Shown here piece after piece: positions 58,428 through 64,000 of a stretch of 64,000 bases of DNA (positions are counted from its first letter, which is position 1; each line of letters starts with the position of its first letter). Made by a program: the position numbers and the translations under genes. Source of the DNA: a virus (Duplodnaviria > Heunggongvirae > Uroviricota > Caudoviricetes); IMG/VR virus record IMGVR_UViG_3300034283_001314, one strand, 5' to 3'. The notes beneath the pieces are model-generated. The model had not been told where the DNA came from. It did not search any database and worked only from the letters and a program-made list of their open reading frames with translations.

Positions 58428-58736
58428 ATGCCAGCAAAACCAAAAATTAGTAAAGAAGAATACTCATTTTCAGGAACACCCGAATACACAATACCAATTC
58501 GTAAAGAAACGGAGATGGTCAATGGCCCTAAACATTACGGAGGAGTAGACAATCCATACGAAGTAATTAAAGTATGTGAAGCATGGGGATTAGACAAGGA
58601 TGCATACCTATTTAATGTAGCAAAATATATAGCAAGAGCAGGTAAAAAAGACCCTCAAAAAGAACTAGAGGATTTGAAGAAAGCGGTATTTTATTTAGAA
58701 AGAAAGATAAAAAATTTACAAAATGAAACTAATTAA
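58428..58736 (+). CDS. DUF3310 family protein
   Basis: VN.PKHY, NVAKYIARAGKK, EDLKKAVFYL. Confidence 0.85.
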   Translation: MPAKPKISKEEYSFSGTPEYTIPIRKETEMVNGPKHYGGVDNPYEVIKVCEAWGLDKDAYLFNVAKYIARAGKKDPQKELEDLKKAVFYLERKIKNLQNETN

Positions 58737-58971
58737 ATCAGAAAAATTATTAGAATTATTAGAAGGAATAGGTGTTGTTATGCGAATAATGGCATTTGGT
58801 ATGTTATCTATAATGGGAAAGGATACTCCATTCTTTTGGATGTGGGTATGGAATAGTATTGATGCACTAATATTAACTTATTGTGCATGGGAAAGAGATA
58901 ATAGACCTTATATTTTACTCAATATCTTTTGGCTAATCGTTGGAGTCATTGGCATATATAATTCCCTATAA
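58723..58971 (+). CDS. Small membrane protein
   Basis: About three hydrophobic segments; LLNIFW..GI. Confidence 0.6.
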   Translation: MKLIKSEKLLELLEGIGVVMRIMAFGMLSIMGKDTPFFWMWVWNSIDALILTYCAWERDNRPYILLNIFWLIVGVIGIYNSL

Positions 58972-58973
58972 TA

Positions 58974-59005
58974 TTTGGTAGTTTCAAATAATTATCGTAT
59001 CTTTA
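58974..59005 (+). promoter_or_regulatory. Bacteroidota-like promoter variant upstream of gp32
   Basis: TTTG 58974-58977, 20-nt spacer, TATCTTTA 58998-59005. Confidence 0.45.
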
Positions 59006-59060
59006 TTGTATAGGAATTAAGAAAATCGATATTTATACGTGAGATTAAATCGCGATAATC

Positions 59061-59100
59061 TTAAAACTTAAAACAAACAATTTTTAAAACTTAAAACAAA
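59061..59100 (+). repeat. 17-bp direct repeat TTAAAACTTAAAACAAA x2 in the gp32 leader
   Basis: 59061-59077 and 59084-59100, ending 6 nt before the ATG. Confidence 0.8.
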
Positions 59101-59106
59101 AACAGC

Positions 59107-59964
59107 ATGAACATTAATGCAATCAAGCAACGTCTTAATTCGTTGCAAAACACTTCGAAGAAAACGGACTCATTGTGGAAAACCAAACCTGGTAAATACC
59201 AAGTTCGTATCGTACCTTACAAATTCAATAAAGAAAATCCTTTCATTGAATTGTTATTTCACTACAACATTAACAACAAAACTTATTTGAGTCCAGCTTC
59301 TTTTGGAAGACCTGACCCAATTTTAGAGTTCGCAGAGAAACTTAAGAAATTAGGTGATACTGAGAATTGGAAAGCGGGTAAGAAAATGGAACCAAAGTTA
59401 AGAACATTCGCACCGATTATCGTAAGAGGTCAAGAAAATGAGGGTGTTAAATTTTGGGGATTTGGTAAGACTGTGTATCAAGAAATTTTAGCTATCGTAG
59501 CTGATCCTGATTACGGTGATATTACTGATGAAACAAATGGTAGAGATATTGTTATTGAAATTGTAGAAGAAGCAGGTAAAACATATCCTGAAACTCGAAT
59601 CAGAGTAAAACCAAATGTATCTTTATTACATGATAATTCTGCAATCGCATCTAAATTATTAGATGAACAAACTGATATTACAGATATCTATTCGGAATTA
59701 TCTTATGCAGAATTAAAGACTGTGTTAGAAAATTGGTTAAATCCAACTGCAGTAGTTGAAGATGAAAACCCAACTCCTTCAGTATCTCAACAAACATTAG
59801 CTCCTCAACCAAAGAAAGTTGAAGAACAATTGGTAAGTAAAGATGCGGCACCTGAAATTGGTGGTACCGGTATCATTAACGATTTACCTTGGGATGAAGA
59901 AACACCTGCACCAGCACCTAAAGTAGATGTGGCAGCAGCATTTGATGATTTATTTAATTCATAA
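59107..59964 (+). CDS. gp32: Single-stranded DNA-binding protein (gp32-like)
   Basis: VRIVP, GVKFWGFGKTVY, DITD..GRD; acidic tail AFDDLF. Confidence 0.88.
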   Translation: MNINAIKQRLNSLQNTSKKTDSLWKTKPGKYQVRIVPYKFNKENPFIELLFHYNINNKTYLSPASFGRPDPILEFAEKLKKLGDTENWKAGKKMEPKLRTFAPIIVRGQENEGVKFWGFGKTVYQEILAIVADPDYGDITDETNGRDIVIEIVEEAGKTYPETRIRVKPNVSLLHDNSAIASKLLDEQTDITDIYSELSYAELKTVLENWLNPTAVVEDENPTPSVSQQTLAPQPKKVEEQLVSKDAAPEIGGTGIINDLPWDEETPAPAPKVDVAAAFDDLFNS

Positions 59965-59969
59965 TTATT

Positions 59970-61091
59970 ATGGCTAAAATTGACTTAGCACAAGAAATAG
60001 CCGACAGTTTAAACAAAAAGTGGAAAGACCAAAAGGTTGCCTTCTTTTTGGATGATGATTCTGATGGAGCCCCAACCAATGTACCAGGTTGGGTTTCCAC
60101 CGGAACAGCAATGTTAGATGTTGCTATTTCTAATAGACCTTATGGGGGTTTACCCGTAGGAAGAATCACGGAAATTACCGGATTAGAACAAAGTGGTAAA
60201 TCACTTTTATCAGCTCACTTATTAGCTGAAACTCAAAAGCAAGGTGGGGTAGCAGTATTGATTGATACCGAAACCGCAGTAAGTAGAGAATTCTTTGATG
60301 CAATTGGAGTAGATGTTTCTAAATTGTTATACGTTTCAGTAGACACAGTTGAAGATATTTTTGAAACAATTGATACAATCATAGAGAAAGTTCGTAAGGG
60401 TGATAAAGATAGATTAGTTACAATCGTAGTCGATTCAGTAGCCGCAGCATCAACTAAAAAGGAGATGGATGCGGATTATGATAAAGATGGTTACGCAACT
60501 GACAAAGCTATTATCATTTCAAAAGCAATGAGAAAGATTACTAATGTAATTGGTAGACAAAAAATATCAGTTATCTTTACTAATCAGTTACGACAAAAGT
60601 TAGGTGTTATGTTCGGAGATCCTTGGACTACATCAGGTGGTAAAGCATTAGCATTCCACGCTTCGGTTCGTATTCGTTTAAAGAATATGGGACAGATTAA
60701 AGCAGGTGAGAGAATCATTGGTATCAAAGTAAGAGCACAGGTTATTAAGAATAGATTAGGACCACCATTACGTTCAGCAGATTTTGATATATTCTTTGAT
60801 AGAGGTATTGATAATTTCGGTGGATGGTTAAAGGTGATGAAAGATAACAAATTAGTTAAGCAAGGTGGGGCATGGTACGAATACATTGACACTGATACTG
60901 GTGAAGTTATTAAATTCCAATCAAAAGATTTTATTCAGATGATGGGAGTTAGAGATGAATTAAGAGACCAAATTTATAGAAAGATTTGTGAATCAACAAT
61001 CTTACAATATAAGAAGGAAGGAATTGATCCGGATGAAATTACATATGATAGTGGTGGTGAAATACCAGAACCAGATATCGAAACAGAATAA
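59970..61091 (+). CDS. uvsX: RecA/UvsX recombinase
   Basis: STG..LD, GRITEITGLEQSGKS, IVVDSVAA, FTNQLR, GGKALAFHAS. Confidence 0.95.
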   Translation: MAKIDLAQEIADSLNKKWKDQKVAFFLDDDSDGAPTNVPGWVSTGTAMLDVAISNRPYGGLPVGRITEITGLEQSGKSLLSAHLLAETQKQGGVAVLIDTETAVSREFFDAIGVDVSKLLYVSVDTVEDIFETIDTIIEKVRKGDKDRLVTIVVDSVAAASTKKEMDADYDKDGYATDKAIIISKAMRKITNVIGRQKISVIFTNQLRQKLGVMFGDPWTTSGGKALAFHASVRIRLKNMGQIKAGERIIGIKVRAQVIKNRLGPPLRSADFDIFFDRGIDNFGGWLKVMKDNKLVKQGGAWYEYIDTDTGEVIKFQSKDFIQMMGVRDELRDQIYRKICESTILQYKKEGIDPDEITYDSGGEIPEPDIETE

Positions 61092-61097
61092 AGGTTT

Positions 61098-62126
61098 ATG
61101 AACGAAACATACAAAAAGTTACTAAACGAGGTAGAGAAAGACCATCAGCAATTAGGAAAAGAAAAGGTATTAATTGTTGATGGTCTTAATACCTTTATAA
61201 GAAGTTGGACAGTAAATCCTACTATGGATGATAACGGAGACCACATTGGTGGTATCGTTGGATTCTTAAAAGGAATTGGGTTTGCTATTAGAGAACAAAA
61301 TGCAACTCGTTGTATTATTGTATTTGATGGTAAAGGTGGTTCTAAAAGTAGAAAGGATTTATTTAGTGGTTACAAAGAGAATAGAGGTAACAATCGTTTT
61401 AGAGTGAATAGAGCATACTCAGATTTGATGAATAAAGAAGAAGAGGGTGTATCTATGAAACGACAAATGATTGGTTTAATCGAACTGCTAGAGTACCTAC
61501 CGGTGGAAATAATGTTATACGATAACATTGAAGCAGATGATGTTATGGGCTATATTGCATCACAACTTTTAAAAGAGGATGAATTGGCAGTTATTATGAG
61601 TGCCGATAAAGATTTCCTACAATTAGTAAATGAAAGAGTCACAGTTTATTCCCCAACAAAAAAGAAAGTTTACGATACGAAATTGGTTTTGGATGAGTAT
61701 GGTGTTCATCCCTCAAATTTTATGGTTTATCGTACTCTTGATGGTGATAAGTCCGATAACATTGATGGTATTTCTGGGTGTGGGCTTAAGACTATTGTTA
61801 AGAGATTTCCAGAGGTGGTTGAGGAAACAGAACTTACGATAGATAAAATGTTTGAACTATGTGAAGAACGCAGAAGTGAAAACAAAATCTATGACAAAAT
61901 ATTAGATGGTAAAAAATTAGTAGAAAGAAATTTTAAACTAATGCAATTATCCGATCCAGATATACCTTCTAATAAGAAATTAACAATTAACCAAAAATAT
62001 TTGGATAATTCAGCAAAATTGGATAAATTAGGATTCATTAAAAAGGCAATGGGAATGCGAACTATTAATTCATTCGGTGATGTTAATAGTTGGATTCAAA
62101 GTACATTCGCCAAATTACATAAATAA
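61098..62126 (+). CDS. rnh: 5'-3' exonuclease/RNase H (T4 rnh/FEN family)
   Basis: IVDGLN, FDG, YKENR, EADD, SADKDFLQL, GDKSDNIDGI.G.G.KT. Confidence 0.92.
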   Translation: MNETYKKLLNEVEKDHQQLGKEKVLIVDGLNTFIRSWTVNPTMDDNGDHIGGIVGFLKGIGFAIREQNATRCIIVFDGKGGSKSRKDLFSGYKENRGNNRFRVNRAYSDLMNKEEEGVSMKRQMIGLIELLEYLPVEIMLYDNIEADDVMGYIASQLLKEDELAVIMSADKDFLQLVNERVTVYSPTKKKVYDTKLVLDEYGVHPSNFMVYRTLDGDKSDNIDGISGCGLKTIVKRFPEVVEETELTIDKMFELCEERRSENKIYDKILDGKKLVERNFKLMQLSDPDIPSNKKLTINQKYLDNSAKLDKLGFIKKAMGMRTINSFGDVNSWIQSTFAKLHK

Positions 62127-62152
62127 AAAAAATACATGGAGGAAACAAACCT

Positions 62153-62305
62153 ATGAAATGTTTAAAAAGTACAAAGACTGGTAAAATTATCAGAGTATCA
62201 AACAAAGAAGCTTACAACGCAACAAGTGAATGGAAATTCATTCCTAAGAGTGAATGGAAAGCAGAAGTAAGACCATCTAAAAAAGAAGAAAAAGAAAGTA
62301 AATAA
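62153..62305 (+). CDS. Small basic protein, 50 aa (not in the ORF track)
   Basis: MKCLKSTKTGKIIRVSNKEAYNATSEWKFIPKSEWK...; GGAGGA SD at 62138-62143; TAATG overlap with the helicase. Confidence 0.7.
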   Translation: MKCLKSTKTGKIIRVSNKEAYNATSEWKFIPKSEWKAEVRPSKKEEKESK

Positions 62306-63663
62306 TGCAAGCAGTAGACACATTAGAAAAATTTGGACAATCGTACCAATCTAAAGTCATAGCTGCATTATTATCCGACCTACCATTTCTTAACCAAGTT
62401 TCAGAAATTACTAGTAAGGATTATTTTGAGAGTGAACAGGATAAGTGGATTATTGAATCTATTTTGGATTACCAAAGTAAACAATTCGCTGCACCTACTC
62501 TTGATGTATTCAAAGTAAAGTTATCATCTCTAAGTTCCGAATCACAAAAGAAACAAATCGTAGATAGAATCAAACAAATCTATGATGTATTCGGTGCAGA
62601 GGATATGGAGTTTGTAAAACAAGAATTCATTAAATTCTCAAAGTTTCAGAAACTAAAAGCCGCAATATTTCAATCAGTAGACCTAATCAAATCCGAAAAA
62701 AGTTGGGATGAGATAGGAGTTGTAGTTCAGAACGCATTAAGGGCGGGAATGGAAAACAATTTAGGACATGATTACTATAAGGATATTGCAATGAGAATGG
62801 AAGTTACAAAGAGAAGTTCAGTACCAACTGGATGGAAACCTATCAATGAATTAATGGATGGAGGTTTAGGACCAGGTGAATTGGGAGTAATTGTAGCACC
62901 GAGTGGTGTGGGTAAGACTTGGGTATTGTGCAAAATTGCAGCCGATGCGGTAAGAGCAGGTTACAATGTGATGCATTATACTTTAGAGCTATCCGAAATC
63001 TATGCGGGAACAAGATACGACACTATTATGACTGGTATTCCATCTAACGAATTAAGAGATAGAAAGGAAGAAGTTGTAGCTAAACTTAAAAACCACAAAG
63101 CAAATCTAATGGTGAAATATTATCCACCGAGAGGAGCAAGTACTAAAACAATCAAAGCACATTTAGATAAGTACAAAGGATTTGGATTTAAACCAGATTT
63201 AATTATCATAGATTATGCGGATTTATTAAAGCCGGTAAACAAAAGAGATAGTACATACGCAGAATTAGGTGGTGTGTATGAAGAAATTAGAGGATTGAGT
63301 GGTGAGTTAGGTGTTCCAATTTGGACAGCATCACAAACAAATCGTTCAGCAATTGATTTCGAAGTTATTCAAGCTGATTCAATTGCCGATTCTTATGCAA
63401 AAGTAATGACAGCAGATTTCATTATGAGTGTAAGTAGAAAAGCAAAAGATAAATTAAGTAACACAGCAAGGTTTCACGTTATGAAAAATCGTTTTGGAGC
63501 AGATGGATTAACATTCCCTGCGAAAATGGATACTATGGTTGGATTGATAGATGTATTTGAACCACAATCATCGGATGGTGTGATGGCCCAAAAGGAATCT
63601 AATAATGGAAGTAACTTAGAAAAGAAACTTTTGCATAAAAAATATATTGAAAATATGGGTTAA
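62305..63663 (+). CDS. gp41: Replicative DNA helicase (gp41/DnaB-like)
   Basis: PTGW, APSGVGKT, HYTLELS, IIDYADLL, WTASQTNR, KNRFG. Confidence 0.95.
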   Translation: MQAVDTLEKFGQSYQSKVIAALLSDLPFLNQVSEITSKDYFESEQDKWIIESILDYQSKQFAAPTLDVFKVKLSSLSSESQKKQIVDRIKQIYDVFGAEDMEFVKQEFIKFSKFQKLKAAIFQSVDLIKSEKSWDEIGVVVQNALRAGMENNLGHDYYKDIAMRMEVTKRSSVPTGWKPINELMDGGLGPGELGVIVAPSGVGKTWVLCKIAADAVRAGYNVMHYTLELSEIYAGTRYDTIMTGIPSNELRDRKEEVVAKLKNHKANLMVKYYPPRGASTKTIKAHLDKYKGFGFKPDLIIIDYADLLKPVNKRDSTYAELGGVYEEIRGLSGELGVPIWTASQTNRSAIDFEVIQADSIADSYAKVMTADFIMSVSRKAKDKLSNTARFHVMKNRFGADGLTFPAKMDTMVGLIDVFEPQSSDGVMAQKESNNGSNLEKKLLHKKYIENMG

Positions 63664-63819
63664 TAAGTATAAAACAATGTGAAAAAAAATATGAAAAAAA
63701 GTAGGTTTTTTTTATCCAAAATTGGTATCTATATATGAATATACCGATAGTTATAATTACTTTTCACACTTTTATCGAAAAAAGTTTTATTTATTAATCT
63801 TACAAAAAATTACAAAAAA

Positions 63820-64000
63820 ATGGACATTTCACAAAGAATCCTTTCGGACATTACGGTGTATATGAAATACGCAAAATATCAACCGGAATTAAAAAGGAGA
63901 GAAACATGGGACGAATTGGTTACTAGAAATATGAATATGCATATTAAAACGTATCCAAATTTAGAGCAAGAAATTAGAGAAACGTATAAATTCGTTTATG
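63820..64000 (+). CDS. Ribonucleotide reductase, probably class II; N terminus only, truncated by the window
   Basis: MDISQRILSDITVYMKYAKYQPELKRRETWDELVTRNMNMH; the KYA..RRETW.E.V.R motif. Confidence 0.75.
   Translation, partial: MDISQRILSDITVYMKYAKYQPELKRRETWDELVTRNMNMHIKTYPNLEQEIRETYKFVY

Noticed and set aside
2439-60892. All minus-strand ORFs and short alternative-frame ORFs nested in + strand genes
   Set aside because: They overlap well-supported + strand genes, have no recognisable motifs, and are typical antisense shadows of biased codon usage.
63664-63819. Cobalamin riboswitch or other ncRNA before the RNR
   Set aside because: Only weak AT-rich pairings (TGTGAAAA/TTTTCACA) are present, with no recognisable B12-box.
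1-64000. Stop-codon reassignment
   Set aside because: Core genes are full length under code 11, and TAG and TGA end genes at sensible positions (for example 1844, 4891, 51037).
1-64000. tRNA or rRNA genes
   Set aside because: Intergenic gaps are short and AT-rich, and I saw no cloverleaf or T-loop signature. A tRNAscan run would confirm.

Overview
A 64-kb, AT-rich segment of a large T4-like (myovirus) phage genome, with all credible genes on the + strand. The host is probably Bacteroidota, inferred from a consensus TTTG-N19-TAnnTTTG promoter at 51949-51979 and a Bacteroidota-like ribosomal protein bS21. Gene order: head module (portal, putative internal proteins, GH19 endolysin, prohead protease, bS21, scaffold, major capsid); neck (gp13/14/15); a ~23-kb cluster of Ser-rich mosaic fibre/adhesin genes with a glycosyltransferase and a Hint-domain adhesin; tail (sheath, tube, chaperone with a probable frameshift, tape measure, baseplate); then auxiliary and replication genes (PhyH, divergent PolA, CysC cluster, gp32, UvsX, RNase H, helicase, start of a class II RNR). 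The most notable signals are: (1) a daisy-chain fibre system in which every gene ending in D-[GQA]-G-x-[FW] is followed by a gene starting with a [KR]-R-[GS]...GE docking domain; (2) bS21 lacking the Tyr that sequesters the anti-SD, together with SD motifs concentrated on high-copy late genes; (3) a shared MI[KR]LKxL[LM]xE capsid-targeting-like leader; (4) a BIL-type Hint domain inside a fibre adhesin; (5) a recurrent ATATTTATA late-promoter motif; (6) a PolA with His at the steric gate. All family assignments come from motif recognition by eye; no searches were run.
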